Shown: piece by piece, positions 18,324 to 28,806 of the stretch
How positions within the stretch are numbered: the first letter of the stretch is position 1
Layout of the letters: each line of letters starts with the position of its first letter
Assembly (NCBI GenBank): GCA_050746125.1
Contig: JBOGKX010000012.1
Coordinates: forward strand, 28,575 to 92,574
Length of the DNA: 64,000 nucleotides
DNA from: Terriglobales bacterium
GTDB taxonomy: Bacteria > Acidobacteriota > Terriglobia > Terriglobales > SCQP01
Direction of reading: 5' to 3'
The notes under the pieces: generated by a model
What the model saw: only the letters and a program-made list of their open reading frames with translations
Database searches by the model: none
What the model was told of the DNA's origin: nothing
Program-made: the position numbers and the translations under genes

Positions 18324-19247
18324 GTGCATCTCCATTCAGGCGGGCGCGGCGGAGAGCGGCGCCGGTTGCAAATCGGCGCGGCGATTACGCTGGCTTACGT
18401 CTTGCTAGCGCTGATCGCCGGCATTTGGGCGCATTCGCTGGCGCTGATTTCGGAAGCCGGGCACAACCTTACCGACTTTTTGGCGCTGCTGCTGAGCTGG
18501 TATGGCCTCTATCTCGCCGCCAAGCCCGCCGACGAAAGTCGCACTTATGGGTATCAGCGCGCCGGCGTGGTGGCGGCGTTCCTCAACGTCCTGACCCTTT
18601 TCGCAGTCACGATCTTTATCTTGGTCGAAGCGGTGGAGCGGTTCCGCAGCCCGGTGCACGTGCACTCGGGCCCGATGCTGGTGGTGGGCGCGATCGGCGT
18701 CGCCATGAACGCCGGCATCGCTCTCTCGCTGCGCCACCATCACGATGTCAATTTGCGCGCCGCCTTTCTGCACATGGTCGGCGACGCGGTTTCGACCGCC
18801 TTGGTCATCGCCGGCGGGCTGGTGATCGCTGCTACGGGAGCGACGATCGTGGATCCGCTGCTCTCGCTGATCATTGCCGGCTTCATCGCTTGGACCAGCT
18901 GGGACGTGCTGCATGAGACGTTGAACATCTTGCTCGAGGGCACGCCGCGCGGGGTTCGGCCGGAAGAAGTGGCGAGCGCGCTGAAGGAGGTTCACGGCGT
19001 CGAAAACGTTCACGACATGCACATCTGGAGTCTCGGCTCCCACTCGCATGCGCTCAGTTGCCACGTTTGCATCGCCGATATTCCCCCTTCCGAGAGCGAG
19101 GCCATCTTGCGCTCCTTGCAGCAGCGGCTGGCGGAGCGCTATGGCATTTTGCACACCACCTTTCAGTTCGAATACGGTCTGTGCGCGCTGAGCGAGGGCT
19201 GTGCGCTGCCCGTCCGCGGGCTAACCGGAGAAGCCCACAACCGCTGA
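18324..19247 (+). CDS. Cation diffusion facilitator family metal efflux transporter (CzcD/ZitB-like)
   Basis: 307 aa. HSLALISEAGHNLTDF and HMVGDAVST motifs, six TM segments and a C-terminal cytoplasmic domain. Confidence 0.88.
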   Translation: MHLHSGGRGGERRRLQIGAAITLAYVLLALIAGIWAHSLALISEAGHNLTDFLALLLSWYGLYLAAKPADESRTYGYQRAGVVAAFLNVLTLFAVTIFILVEAVERFRSPVHVHSGPMLVVGAIGVAMNAGIALSLRHHHDVNLRAAFLHMVGDAVSTALVIAGGLVIAATGATIVDPLLSLIIAGFIAWTSWDVLHETLNILLEGTPRGVRPEEVASALKEVHGVENVHDMHIWSLGSHSHALSCHVCIADIPPSESEAILRSLQQRLAERYGILHTTFQFEYGLCALSEGCALPVRGLTGEAHNR

Positions 19248-19289
19248 TGGCCGGGCAACGCCGCGGGCGAGAGCGGAATCTCGTGCTGC

Positions 19290-19700
19290 ATGGGGCGGCC
19301 GCGATTCCTTGCCGTTTTCGCCCTCGTCGGGCTGAGCGCGGTGGCTTGCGGCAGCCGGCACATGCGCCTCAATCCGACCAACATCGTGCCCGCGGCGCAA
19401 GGCCGCGCCACGCTCGGCCTGAATGCCAATGGCGAGACCACCGTGGATCTCGAACTCACGCATCTGACTCCGCCCGGCAGGCTCTCGCCCCCTTGTCGCG
19501 CCTACGTGGTCTGGATCGAGACCGACGACGAACCGGCGCTGAGAAAAGGCGAGTTGCGGGTGGGCGACGATTGGCGCGCCCAACTTAGTTTCGTGGCGCC
19601 GGCGCGAAGCTTCGACATCTTCATCACCGCCGAGAATACCGCTCTCGGCGACGCGCCCCGCGGACCGGAACTATTGCGCGCCTCAGTGAACGCGAAGTGA
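19290..19700 (+). CDS. Hypothetical lipoprotein (136 aa)
   Basis: N-terminus MGRPRFLAVFALVGLSAVAC carries a lipobox-like LSAVAC. I recognise no family. Confidence 0.5.
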   Translation: MGRPRFLAVFALVGLSAVACGSRHMRLNPTNIVPAAQGRATLGLNANGETTVDLELTHLTPPGRLSPPCRAYVVWIETDDEPALRKGELRVGDDWRAQLSFVAPARSFDIFITAENTALGDAPRGPELLRASVNAK

Positions 19701-21071
19701 TGGCGCGGCCGCGCCGCCGCGAATGAAGAACTGTTGCTTACTCGTGGCGGCGGGCACCGCCACGTCGAAAAAGCCCACCATCATCTCTTCCGTCGTCTGG
19801 TCGCCCCAATGCACCCATTGCGTGGGATCGGGGTTGTGGGGATTCGCCGCCGAGTTGTCGAACCAGGCGATGGCTTGCAGTTCGGTGCCGGCAGGCAGCC
19901 AGCGGGGCTGGGCCAGCTTGTAGCTGAGCTGCCAATAGAAATTCCAGTTCACGCGCAGCAGCGTTGTTGCCCGTCCATGGGCGACGAGGTTGTACTCGAA
20001 GCGCTTGCCGCGCAGATGCAGGTGCGGGAAAAAGCCGAGCAGCAGGGCGCGATTCGGCAGCGTTCCATGCACCTCGACCTCGAAGTTGGCGGCGCCGGGC
20101 GGAATCAGGAAATGGTCGTCGGTGAGTTGCAGGGTCAGTACTCGATAGCGCGGCCGCCGGCGGGAGAAAATCAGGCCGATCCGCGTCCGATCGCGGGTGG
20201 CGCGGCCGTTGGTGATGTAATGCATTTGGAAGACGAGATCGGAGCCGCGTGGGAGAAATTTGCCCATGTCGGCCGGCCAGCGATCGGGGCTGCTGCCGGG
20301 GGCATAGACGAGCAATAGGTCGCTATCGGTCCATTCCGCGTCGCGGCGGTCTTGCGGGGTAGGCAGATCCTTGGCGGTGAACGGCACGCCCACCGGCGCA
20401 TGACGCAGCCAGGACGAGCCGGGCGGGCGAATGTAGACGACCGCATGATGGACATGGGCCGGCGCGGAGGGCTCGATCTGGCTGTAGCGCACCCATTCGT
20501 CGCGGCGAAAATGCGTGGGGACGATCTCGTAGGTATAGTCGACCTGCCCGCGCGCCGGCAAGGAAACCGACGACGGCATGGTCACGACCGCGTCGGGGGC
20601 AGGAATGTTCCATCCTGCGGTCCAATGCCGTGGCGGTGGCGCCTGGCGCGAGTTCCCGGCGGGCGCGCCGGCGCGGGACCAGGCTAGCAGCGTGGCGATC
20701 TGGCCCGCGCTGAGCGAGGTATCGTTGGCGAATCGGCCGTAGCGGGGGTCGGCAAACCACGGCGGCATCGCCCGGTGTGCGACAGCTTGGGCGATAGCGT
20801 GCGCGAAAGGCCGCGTTTGCCTGTAGGTGACCAGCGGCATCGGCGCGATTGCGCCACTGCGATGACAAACCTGGCAATGCGCCTGGAGGATCGGCAGCAC
20901 GTCTCGATAGAAGGTCGGCGGAGGCGGCGCGGTTGCGAAGGCGGCGGCCGCCGCCAGCGCCGCGAGCGATGCGGCGAAAAGCAACCGCCCGCGCCGCCCC
21001 GAACCCCTATTCCGCGCGGCGCTCGTAGGCGGCGATGGCGTCGGCGTGTTGCAGGGTGAGGGCGATATCAT
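19683..21071 (-). CDS. Secreted CxxCH (putative heme c) protein with a copper type-II monooxygenase-like C-terminal region
   Basis: [19 protein letters not shown] resembles the planctomycete-cytochrome-type motif. The histidine-rich FQMHYITNG and [13 protein letters not shown] resemble the DBH/PHM fold. The track start overlaps leuD by 65 nt. A TTG at 20984 directly precedes the hydrophobic signal [16 protein letters not shown] and is a more likely start. Confidence 0.6.
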   Translation of the reverse strand: MISPSPCNTPTPSPPTSAARNRGSGRRGRLLFAASLAALAAAAAFATAPPPPTFYRDVLPILQAHCQVCHRSGAIAPMPLVTYRQTRPFAHAIAQAVAHRAMPPWFADPRYGRFANDTSLSAGQIATLLAWSRAGAPAGNSRQAPPPRHWTAGWNIPAPDAVVTMPSSVSLPARGQVDYTYEIVPTHFRRDEWVRYSQIEPSAPAHVHHAVVYIRPPGSSWLRHAPVGVPFTAKDLPTPQDRRDAEWTDSDLLLVYAPGSSPDRWPADMGKFLPRGSDLVFQMHYITNGRATRDRTRIGLIFSRRRPRYRVLTLQLTDDHFLIPPGAANFEVEVHGTLPNRALLLGFFPHLHLRGKRFEYNLVAHGRATTLLRVNWNFYWQLSYKLAQPRWLPAGTELQAIAWFDNSAANPHNPDPTQWVHWGDQTTEEMMVGFFDVAVPAATSKQQFFIRGGAAAPSLRVH

Positions 21072-21573
21072 CGAGGCCTTCCAGCAGGCATTGCTTGCGA
21101 TACGGGTCGATCTGGAAGGCGAAGCTGCCGGCCTCGCCGCGGACGATTTGCGAGGGCAGGTCGATCGTCAATTCAAGCCCGGGGCAAGCGGCAACGGCGG
21201 CGAAAAGCCGGTCCACCTCGGCCTCGCTCAGGACCAAGGGCAGCATGCCATTCTTCAAGCAGTTGTTGTAAAAGATATCGGCGAAGGAGGGGGCGATGAG
21301 CGCCTGAATGCCGAAATCCGCGAGCGCCCAGGCGGCGTGCTCGCGCGAGCTGCCGCAGCCGAAATTGTCGCGCGCCAGCAATATGCGCGCTCCGCGAAAC
21401 GCGGGCTGGTTGAGCGCAAAGCGGCTATCGCGGCGCCAATCGTAAAACAAGCCTTCGCCAAGGCCCGAGCGCACGATGCGCTTGAGGAATTGCTTGGGGA
21501 TGATCTGGTCGGTATCCACATTGGCGCGGTCGAGCGGCGCCACGATGCCGGTCAGCGTGATGAAAGGTTTCAT
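21007..21573 (-). CDS. leuD: 3-isopropylmalate dehydratase small subunit
   Basis: Contains [31 protein letters not shown]. The start ATG overlaps the leuC stop (ATGA). The N-terminal extension in the track is spurious. Confidence 0.92.
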   Translation of the reverse strand: MKPFITLTGIVAPLDRANVDTDQIIPKQFLKRIVRSGLGEGLFYDWRRDSRFALNQPAFRGARILLARDNFGCGSSREHAAWALADFGIQALIAPSFADIFYNNCLKNGMLPLVLSEAEVDRLFAAVAACPGLELTIDLPSQIVRGEAGSFAFQIDPYRKQCLLEGLDDIALTLQHADAIAAYERRAE

Positions 21574-22976
21574 TGTCCGGGCCACTCCCGCACATCGACG
21601 AAGTGTCCGGCGACGGCGGCGGCGGCGGCCATGGCCGGGCTGACCAGATGGGTGCGCCCGCCGGCGCCTTGGCGGCCCTCGAAATTGCGATTGCTGGTCG
21701 AGGCGCAGCGCTCGCCGGCGCGCAAAACATCGGGATTCATGCCCAGGCACATGCTGCAACCCGATTCGCGCCACTCGAAGCCGGCCTCGCGAAAAATTCG
21801 GTCCAGGCCCAGGCGCTCGGCGGCGGCCTTGACCCGCTGCGAGCCGGGCACCACCATGGCGCGTACTCGCGGCGCGACTTTGCGGCCCCGCACCACCGCT
21901 GCGGCGGCTTGGAGATCTTCGATCCTCGAGTTGGTGCACGAGCCGATAAAAACGCGATCCAGCTGGATCTCCTGCAATGGCAGCCCCGGCTCGAGCCCCA
22001 TGTACTCGAGTGCCAGTTCCACGGAACGGCGCGCGGCGGCGTCGGCGAACGTGGCCGGATCGGGCACGCGGCCGCCGACCTCGGCGACCATACCCGGGTT
22101 CGTGCCCCAGGTTACCTGGGGCGCGATGGCCGTGGCGTCGAAGACCAGCGAGCGATCGTAGGCGGCGTCGCTATCGCTGGCGAGCGCCAGCCAGCGGGCG
22201 GCCGCGGCCTCGAAGGCGGCACCGGCGGGGGCGTAGCGCCGGCCGCGCACGTAGGCCACGGTCTTCTCGTCGGGTGCGATCAATCCGGCCCGCGCTCCGG
22301 CTTCGATGGACATGTTGCAGACCGTCATGCGCTGCTCCATCGAAAGGGCGCGAATTGCCGCGCCCGTGTACTCGATGACGTGGCCGGTGGCGCCGCCCGT
22401 GCCAATACGGCCGATCGCGTGCAAGATCAGATCCTTGGCGGTAACCCCCGGCTGCAGCGCGCCGTCAAAGCGAAGTTCGAGGGTTTTGGGAGAGGCTTGC
22501 CATAAACACTGCGTCGCCAGCACGTGCTCGACCTCGCTCGTGCCGATGCCGAAAGCCAATGCGCCGAGCGCGCCGTGCGTGGAGGTATGGCTGTCGCCGC
22601 AGACGATGGTCATGCCCGGTTGCGTCAACCCCAGTTCGGGGCCGATGACGTGAACGATGCCTTGCTCGGGGCTGTCGAGATCGAAAAGTGCAATGCCATA
22701 CTCGCGGCAATTGCGGCTCAGCATGTCGAGTTGCTGTCGCGCCGCTGGGTCGAGGATTTGCAGCGGGCGGGGATCGGTCGGCACGTCGTGGTCCATAGTG
22801 GCCACCGTGCGGTCCGGGCGGCGCACCTTGCGCCCGCTGGCGCGCAAGCCTTCGAAGGCCTGCGGCGAGGTTACTTCGTGAATCAAATGCAGGTCGATAT
22901 AGAGGAGGGCCGGCCGTCCCGCTTCCTGGTGAACGACATGGCGCTCCCAGATCTTCTCGACCAGTGTTTTGCCCAT
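21570..22976 (-). CDS. leuC: 3-isopropylmalate dehydratase large subunit
   Basis: 468 aa. [27 protein letters not shown] and [11 protein letters not shown] are aconitase-family motifs. Confidence 0.95.
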   Translation of the reverse strand: MGKTLVEKIWERHVVHQEAGRPALLYIDLHLIHEVTSPQAFEGLRASGRKVRRPDRTVATMDHDVPTDPRPLQILDPAARQQLDMLSRNCREYGIALFDLDSPEQGIVHVIGPELGLTQPGMTIVCGDSHTSTHGALGALAFGIGTSEVEHVLATQCLWQASPKTLELRFDGALQPGVTAKDLILHAIGRIGTGGATGHVIEYTGAAIRALSMEQRMTVCNMSIEAGARAGLIAPDEKTVAYVRGRRYAPAGAAFEAAAARWLALASDSDAAYDRSLVFDATAIAPQVTWGTNPGMVAEVGGRVPDPATFADAAARRSVELALEYMGLEPGLPLQEIQLDRVFIGSCTNSRIEDLQAAAAVVRGRKVAPRVRAMVVPGSQRVKAAAERLGLDRIFREAGFEWRESGCSMCLGMNPDVLRAGERCASTSNRNFEGRQGAGGRTHLVSPAMAAAAAVAGHFVDVREWPGQ

Positions 22977-23140
22977 GAATTCTCATTATACGGGCAGCCC
23001 CGCGAGCGTCATTTCTTCCCCAGGGCCGCAAAAGCTACCCGGCGCCGGGATGGGCCGTGGCGCGCAAATTGCTGCCCCGCAGGCACTTCACAGGTGGCGG
23101 TCGGATTGCTGAGAAGGTGATTTTTGAGGGAGGAAAAGCG

Positions 23141-23593
23141 TTGATTCGCAAGTCTGGACTGATCGTGACCTTGCTGTGTGCCCTGGGTCTGATGTTGCCC
23201 CTCGGCGCGCAAAACGTGAGCACGGCGACCTTTTTCGGGGGCGCGATTCTTGGCGATCCATCGGGATTCCAGGGCGGCGCGGGGCTCGGTTTTGGCATTA
23301 CTCATAACGTGAGCTTCGAGCCCAGTTTTGCCATCGGCCGCACCGGGGGCGTCAACGTATTCACTCTCGACGGCGTCTTCGATTACAACTTCCATCTTCA
23401 GCACGGCCAGCCGATTCCCTATATTCTCGGCGGCGTGGGTCTGGCGCAGTACGCCAACTCAACCCATGGCTCGCCGATTGTCGGCGGTGGAGTGCGCTTT
23501 CCGATTTCGGATGGCTGGCAGATTCGCCCCGAGATCCGTTGGGGCACGCACGGACTCAGTCGCTTCACGATCGGCCTGACTAAGACGTTTTGA
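23141..23593 (+). CDS. Small outer-membrane beta-barrel protein
   Basis: The start is moved to the TTG at 23141, which is preceded by GAGGGAGGA. The protein has a signal peptide LIVTLLCALGLMLPLGAQ, alternating beta-strand pattern and a C-terminal ...GLTKTF with terminal Phe. Confidence 0.65.
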   Translation: MIRKSGLIVTLLCALGLMLPLGAQNVSTATFFGGAILGDPSGFQGGAGLGFGITHNVSFEPSFAIGRTGGVNVFTLDGVFDYNFHLQHGQPIPYILGGVGLAQYANSTHGSPIVGGGVRFPISDGWQIRPEIRWGTHGLSRFTIGLTKTF

Positions 23594-23660
23594 AGGGCTC
23601 TGCGGAATCGGCCGCTCTCACTTTTCTAGTCACTGTCGCTGGGGCGGCTTAGCCGGCGCG

Positions 23661-24515
23661 CTAGAGCGCGTTTTTTATGTCGGGCCAAAATTCGGCGCCT
23701 AGATTGAAGATCGCCGTGCCCCCGAGATCGAAGCCGATGCGGCTCATGGTCAGCCCGACTCCCCGATCGGTTCTAGGGTAATAGGCGTTCGAAAGCACGG
23801 CTGCGGCCAAGGTCCCCAGCAGGGCCGAGGAATCGACCACGGTAGCGCCGCCGCGGTCGGAGCGAGTGACGAAAACGCGGCTTAATGCGTAGAAGATGCG
23901 AGTGGCGCTGCTCCCCTGGCCCAGGCGAAAGTAGCGGGGGTCCTGATGGAACCAAACCGGCAATAGGTAGTCGCCGATGAATCCCGAAGTATTGGCGTCA
24001 ACCAAGGCCGCGCCATAGCATTTGCCGAACCCGCCCAGGCCCGGCCCGTAGCCGCAGAAGCCGGTGCTCGAGTGCTCGAACAGCGTCTCCACCCCGCCCA
24101 GCGCGAGGCCCATGGGGTCATACACGTCGCGCAGCATTTCCATCAATTTTTCGTGCGGCGTGAGCGGTGGAACGTTTCTAAGGTATTCGACGTTGTAGGC
24201 GGGAATAATGAAAAAGATGTGCTTGCCGGCGCCGCGTCGCGGCTGAGGCGTGCTCGTTTGGCTGCCCTGCTGCCAAGCTGATCCCTGCACCAAGGCGGCC
24301 AGTTGGCGCCGCGCCGGCGCCAACGTGCTCGGCGGCACGGGCCAAAGCAGGCGCGCGGCGGCGGCGGGGAAGAACTCCGGCCGCACCCGCTCCTGGGCCT
24401 GGGCTAGCGGCGCCAGCAGCAGGCAAGCCGCCACCAGGCAAAGGAATCTCGGTGCCGTGCGGTGACCCGGCGCGTGCTGGGAATGTGCTGGCAATGGGCG
24501 CGGCTGCAACGACAT
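23661..24515 (-). CDS. Hypothetical secreted protein (284 aa)
   Basis: It has a signal-like CLVAACLLLAPLAQA. I recognise no family. The composition looks coding. Confidence 0.5.
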   Translation of the reverse strand: MSLQPRPLPAHSQHAPGHRTAPRFLCLVAACLLLAPLAQAQERVRPEFFPAAAARLLWPVPPSTLAPARRQLAALVQGSAWQQGSQTSTPQPRRGAGKHIFFIIPAYNVEYLRNVPPLTPHEKLMEMLRDVYDPMGLALGGVETLFEHSSTGFCGYGPGLGGFGKCYGAALVDANTSGFIGDYLLPVWFHQDPRYFRLGQGSSATRIFYALSRVFVTRSDRGGATVVDSSALLGTLAAAVLSNAYYPRTDRGVGLTMSRIGFDLGGTAIFNLGAEFWPDIKNAL

Positions 24516-24777
24516 TGTGCCTCCCGCTAGGCTCCCCGCGCGTCCATTTGGGGATGGATGCGCTAGGGCAGCGGCGGCGCCGTCCTATCTTCGGACAATG
24601 CTCCCGACACTGCCACCCGTGGCGGAATTTCCTAACGGAAACTCGCAGCTTGGCCGGAACCCCTGACGCTTCGCCGGCAACAAAGGGCTATTCCACTCAG
24701 AGCCTCTCCATGTTGCGCGATATTAGCTTGCCGCGCAACCCAGAGCGGACCGCGCGGTCCTCTCCTCCGGCGAAGAG

Positions 24778-25929
24778 CTAGTGACTTAACCGCAGCATCA
24801 CCACCCCGTGCGGCGCCACCTTGGCCGTGAAATGGTCGGGAACGCGGCCGCGGTTGGCGTGCGCCCAGAGTTCGCGCACATGCGGCCTGCCGCCCATCCC
24901 CAATTGCGACCAGCGCACGGTCACCTGGGCCGGCTCCTCGCCGCGATTAAAAAGCCCCACTGCCCAAGCCCCACCGTGCAAGGGCTTGCCCCAAACCTCC
25001 GTCGTGCCGTCCTGACTGAGACGCGTGCCCTGCTTGCCGAGTGGATCCTGATCTACGGCGATGACGTCGCGGTTGGTGAGAATCGCCAGCGTCGCCGGGC
25101 TCATGTGCGCCAGGTCGTTGCCGGCCAAAAGCGGCGCCGCCAGCAGCGCCCACAGGCTGAAGTGCGTGCGGTATTCGGTGTCGGTCATGCCCCCGTTGCC
25201 GACCTCCAGCATGTCGGGATCGTTCCAGTGGCCGGGGCCGGCATAAGGAGCGAGGCGGCCTTGATTGAAACCGATCTGGGACATCCGCTTCCAGGTGTCG
25301 TTGATATCGCCGGTGGTGCGCCAAAGATTGCCGCCCACGCCCGCCCCCCAGGTCCAGACGTCTTGCCAGCCGTACTGGCAGAGGCTGTAAACGATGGGCC
25401 GGTGCGTCGCCAGGAGCGCCAGCGCCATCTTGCGATAAACGTCTTGCATCTGGTCGCGCTTGTAGACGCGTCCCGCGCTGCACCAGTCGTACTTCAGATA
25501 GTCAATGCCCCACTTGGCGTAGGTGCGGGCGTCTTGCGCCTCGTGCTGATAGCTGCCCGCATACCCGGCGCAAGTCTTGGGGCCGGGCGAGGAATAAATA
25601 CCGAGCTTGAGCCCCTTCGAATGCACGTAGTCGGCCAGCGCCTTCATATTGGGGAATTTGGCGTTGGGCTGGATGTTGCCCTGCGCGTCGCGTTGCCCCT
25701 CCCAGGTATCGTCGATGTTGACGTACTTGTAGCCGGCAGCCTTCATGCCGCTCGCCACCATGGCATCGGCGGTTTCGCGGATGACCTGATCGTTAACGTG
25801 GCGGTGGAAATGGTTCCAGCTGTTCCAGCCCATGGGCGGCGTGCGCGCCAAGTGATTGCGCTGGCCGGCGGCGGGCAAGGCGAGCATCAGGGCGGCGGCG
25901 AAAAGAACAAGGGATCGGGCGTTGCGCAT
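24778..25929 (-). CDS. Alpha-galactosidase, glycoside hydrolase family 27
   Basis: The start is moved to MRNARSLVLFAAALMLALPAAG (signal peptide). PPMGWNSWNHF, YVNIDDTWEG and LKYDWC motifs are present. Confidence 0.88.
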   Translation of the reverse strand: MRNARSLVLFAAALMLALPAAGQRNHLARTPPMGWNSWNHFHRHVNDQVIRETADAMVASGMKAAGYKYVNIDDTWEGQRDAQGNIQPNAKFPNMKALADYVHSKGLKLGIYSSPGPKTCAGYAGSYQHEAQDARTYAKWGIDYLKYDWCSAGRVYKRDQMQDVYRKMALALLATHRPIVYSLCQYGWQDVWTWGAGVGGNLWRTTGDINDTWKRMSQIGFNQGRLAPYAGPGHWNDPDMLEVGNGGMTDTEYRTHFSLWALLAAPLLAGNDLAHMSPATLAILTNRDVIAVDQDPLGKQGTRLSQDGTTEVWGKPLHGGAWAVGLFNRGEEPAQVTVRWSQLGMGGRPHVRELWAHANRGRVPDHFTAKVAPHGVVMLRLSH

Positions 25930-25975
25930 GCGAGTTCTCAGGGTTTCTCGCGCATTGTAGTCGCCGGGCAGCGCT

Positions 25976-26395
25976 TTGACAACCCGCTCCGCCGGCGGCC
26001 CAGGGTGGCGATGGCCGGCCGAATCGGCGATTATAAAAACGGTGAAGTCTCCGATTCTATTGCTGATCGCCGCCGTGGTGCTGGCGTTTTTGGTGATCGC
26101 CAACGATCCCGGCCGAGCCGTGGCTTTGGGTCCCGCAGCCAACGGCGAGGCGGTGAGCACGCCCGCGCAGCCGCCCGGACAACCGACCGCCGCCAGCGCC
26201 AGCGATGCCGCCGCCGGGCAATTGGTGCTGGCGCGCTGCGGCGGCTGCCATTCGCTCGACAAGCTGCAACAAAATCCTCAGGATGAAGCCGGGTGGACGC
26301 AAACAGTGCGCCAGATGGAGCAGATGGGCGCGCAAGTAGCGCCGTCGGAAGAGCCGGTCATCGTGCGCTATCTAGCCCGCCACTTCGCGAAGTAG
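25976..26395 (+). CDS. Small membrane-anchored protein with a single CxxCH motif (putative monoheme cytochrome)
   Basis: One TM segment (ILLLIAAVVLAFLVI) and a CGGCH motif. The start is uncertain: the GTG at 26042 is an alternative. Confidence 0.5.
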   Translation: MTTRSAGGPGWRWPAESAIIKTVKSPILLLIAAVVLAFLVIANDPGRAVALGPAANGEAVSTPAQPPGQPTAASASDAAAGQLVLARCGGCHSLDKLQQNPQDEAGWTQTVRQMEQMGAQVAPSEEPVIVRYLARHFAK

Positions 26396-26405
26396 CCGCG
26401 GCGGA

Positions 26406-27998
26406 CTAAAGCTTGCGGGCGACGGATTTGGCCTGCGTGAACAGCAGCAAATAATCGGGCCCACCGGCCTTCGAGTCGGTGCCCGACATATTGAAGCCGC
26501 CGAAGGGATGCGCTCCCACCATCGCGCCGGTGCACTTGCGATTGAAATACAAGTTGCCGACGTGGAACTCCGCGGCCGCCTTGGCGAGCTTCGCCTCATC
26601 GCGCGTATAGACGGCGCCGGTGAGTCCGTACTCGTTGTTGTTGGCGATGTCCAGCGCGTGATCGAAATCGCGGCACGGGATCACGGCCAGCACCGGTCCG
26701 AAGATCTCTTCTTGGGCAATGCGTGCGTCCGGGGCCACGTCGGCGAAGACGGTTGCGGGAACAAAATAGCCCTCGCCGGGCGCGGCGGCGCCGCCGGCGA
26801 CCAAGCGGCCTTCGCGCTTGCCGATCTCGATGTATTCGAGAATCTTCTTGCGCGCGCGCTCGCTGATTACCGGCCCCATGTAGTTGGCCGGGTCGGCGGC
26901 GTCGCCGACGGTGATCTTCTTCGCCCGCTCGGCCAGCGCGGAGACGAAGCGGTCGTACACCGCCGGATGGACGATGGCGCGCGAGCACGCCGAGCACTTT
27001 TGTCCTTGGTAGCCGAAGGCGGAGGCGGTCACGCCCTCAACCGCCGCGTCCAGGTCGGCGTCGGCATCCACGATAATCGCGTCCTTGCCGCCCATCTCCA
27101 GAATGGTCCGCTTGATCCAGCGCTGGCCGGGCGGCGTCATGGCGGCGCGTGCATGGATCTGTAATCCCACCGCCTTCGAGCCGGTGAAGGCAATGAAGCG
27201 CACGCGCGGATCTTCGACCAGCGCATTGCCCACGGTCGCGCCGCCGCCGGTGACGAAGTTGACGACGCCGGGCGGCAAGCCGGCATCGTCCAAGATCGCC
27301 ATGAAACGCGCGGCGATCGTGGGCGAGTCGCTGGAGGGCTTGAGCACCACGGTGTTGCCACAGACCAGCGCCGCCATGGTCATGCCCGCCATGATGGCGG
27401 AGGGAAAATTCCAGGGCGGAATGACCGCGCCCACGCCGAGGGGAATGTAGCGCAACTCGTCGCGCTCGCCCGGCAGTTGGGTCACCGGCGCGGGGCGCAG
27501 AAACAGCCGCACCGCCTCGCGAGCATAATATTCGGCGAAATCGATGGTTTCGTTGACGTCGGCTTCGGCTTCGGGGAAAGTCTTGCCAGCTTCGAGCGTG
27601 AGCCAAGCGCTGTATTCGGCCTTGCGCTCGCGCAGGATCGCGGCGGTTCGCAGCAGGATCTCGATCCGCTTCTCGGGCCGGGAGCGGGCCCAGCACTCGA
27701 AGACGGCGGTGGCCGCGGCCACCGCGTCGGCGGCCATGGCGATGGTTCCTTCTTGATGGCGGCCAACGACCTCGCTCGCGCGCGAGGGGTTCACCGAGTC
27801 GAACTTTTCTTCGCTGCGCCGCTCACGATTCTCCCAGCCGATAAGGTTGGGGTATTCGCGGCCCATTTCGGCGCGGGCGGCGGCGACGGCGGCGGCGAAG
27901 CGCTGCCGGACCTCGGGGCGGCTGAAATCGGAGGCCGGCTCATTGCGGAATGTCGGCAGGCGCAGCACATCGGCGGGCGGGGCAACCGTGGTTACCAT
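26406..27998 (-). CDS. pruA: L-glutamate gamma-semialdehyde (1-pyrroline-5-carboxylate) dehydrogenase
   Basis: 530 aa aldehyde dehydrogenase. EMGGKDA and GQKCSACSR are the catalytic Glu/Cys motifs. N-terminal region and length are typical of the PruA/RocA type. Confidence 0.85.
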   Translation of the reverse strand: MVTTVAPPADVLRLPTFRNEPASDFSRPEVRQRFAAAVAAARAEMGREYPNLIGWENRERRSEEKFDSVNPSRASEVVGRHQEGTIAMAADAVAAATAVFECWARSRPEKRIEILLRTAAILRERKAEYSAWLTLEAGKTFPEAEADVNETIDFAEYYAREAVRLFLRPAPVTQLPGERDELRYIPLGVGAVIPPWNFPSAIMAGMTMAALVCGNTVVLKPSSDSPTIAARFMAILDDAGLPPGVVNFVTGGGATVGNALVEDPRVRFIAFTGSKAVGLQIHARAAMTPPGQRWIKRTILEMGGKDAIIVDADADLDAAVEGVTASAFGYQGQKCSACSRAIVHPAVYDRFVSALAERAKKITVGDAADPANYMGPVISERARKKILEYIEIGKREGRLVAGGAAAPGEGYFVPATVFADVAPDARIAQEEIFGPVLAVIPCRDFDHALDIANNNEYGLTGAVYTRDEAKLAKAAAEFHVGNLYFNRKCTGAMVGAHPFGGFNMSGTDSKAGGPDYLLLFTQAKSVARKL

Positions 27999-28008
27999 GA
28001 CCCCTTTA

Positions 28009-28800
28009 TTATCGCGCCGACGCTTGATTGCGCTCCCAAACCAGCCGCAGCCCTTCCAAAGTCAAGTGCTCGTCGTATTCGCGCAAGTGACGCGAGTCTT
28101 GGACCAACAATGGCGCCCAGCCGCCGGTGGCCAGGCACTTGGTGTGCGCTCCGAGTTCGACGAGCAGGCGATCGAGAATGCCATCCACCATGGCCAGGTA
28201 ACCGTAGTACAGGCCGGATTGGATGCTGCCGACCGTGGTCGAGCCGATCAGCCTCTCGGGCTTCCGCAGCTCCACCCGCGGCAGGCGGGCGGTGCGCGTG
28301 AAGAGCGCTTCCGCGGCGATCGCCAAGCCGGGGCAGATGATGCCGCCGCTGTATTCGCCGCGAGCGCTGATCACATCGAACGTGGTCGCCGTGCCGAAAT
28401 CGACGATGACCGCCGGGCCGCCTAGGCGGGCGTATCCGGCCACCGCGTTGACGATGCGATCGGCGCCGACGTCGGCTGGCGGCTGATAGAGGATCGGCAT
28501 GCCGGTCTTGAGTCCGGGGCCCACGAAGAGCGGCTCGAGCCGGAATTTGCGCGTCAGAGTCTGCCGCAAAACGGCGTCGATGGGCGGTACCACCGAGGCC
28601 ACGATGGCATGGCGGATTTCCTCCATGCGGCGGCCCTCGCCGGCGAACAGGCCGCGCAGCAGCAGCGCGAGCTCGTCCACGGTTTGCGCGCGATTGGTGT
28701 TGATGCGCCAACTGGCGACCAGGAGCCGCTCGGCATAGAGACCGATCACGGTGTGAGAGTTGCCGACGTCGATGGCAAGCAGCATAGACGGCGTTTCCAT
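28009..28800 (-). CDS. coaX: Type III pantothenate kinase
   Basis: 263 aa. LLAIDVGNSHTVIGLY and VDFGTATTFD motifs. Confidence 0.9.
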   Translation of the reverse strand: METPSMLLAIDVGNSHTVIGLYAERLLVASWRINTNRAQTVDELALLLRGLFAGEGRRMEEIRHAIVASVVPPIDAVLRQTLTRKFRLEPLFVGPGLKTGMPILYQPPADVGADRIVNAVAGYARLGGPAVIVDFGTATTFDVISARGEYSGGIICPGLAIAAEALFTRTARLPRVELRKPERLIGSTTVGSIQSGLYYGYLAMVDGILDRLLVELGAHTKCLATGGWAPLLVQDSRHLREYDEHLTLEGLRLVWERNQASAR

Positions 28801-28806
28801 TTTCGC

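Noticed and set aside
24712-24739. 8-bp GC stem (gttgcgcg/cgcgcaac) plus the nearby palindrome ggaccgcgcggtcc, downstream of the GH27 gene, considered as an intrinsic terminator
   Set aside because: No U-rich tail follows on the relevant strand and the loop is 12 nt. The evidence is too weak to call.
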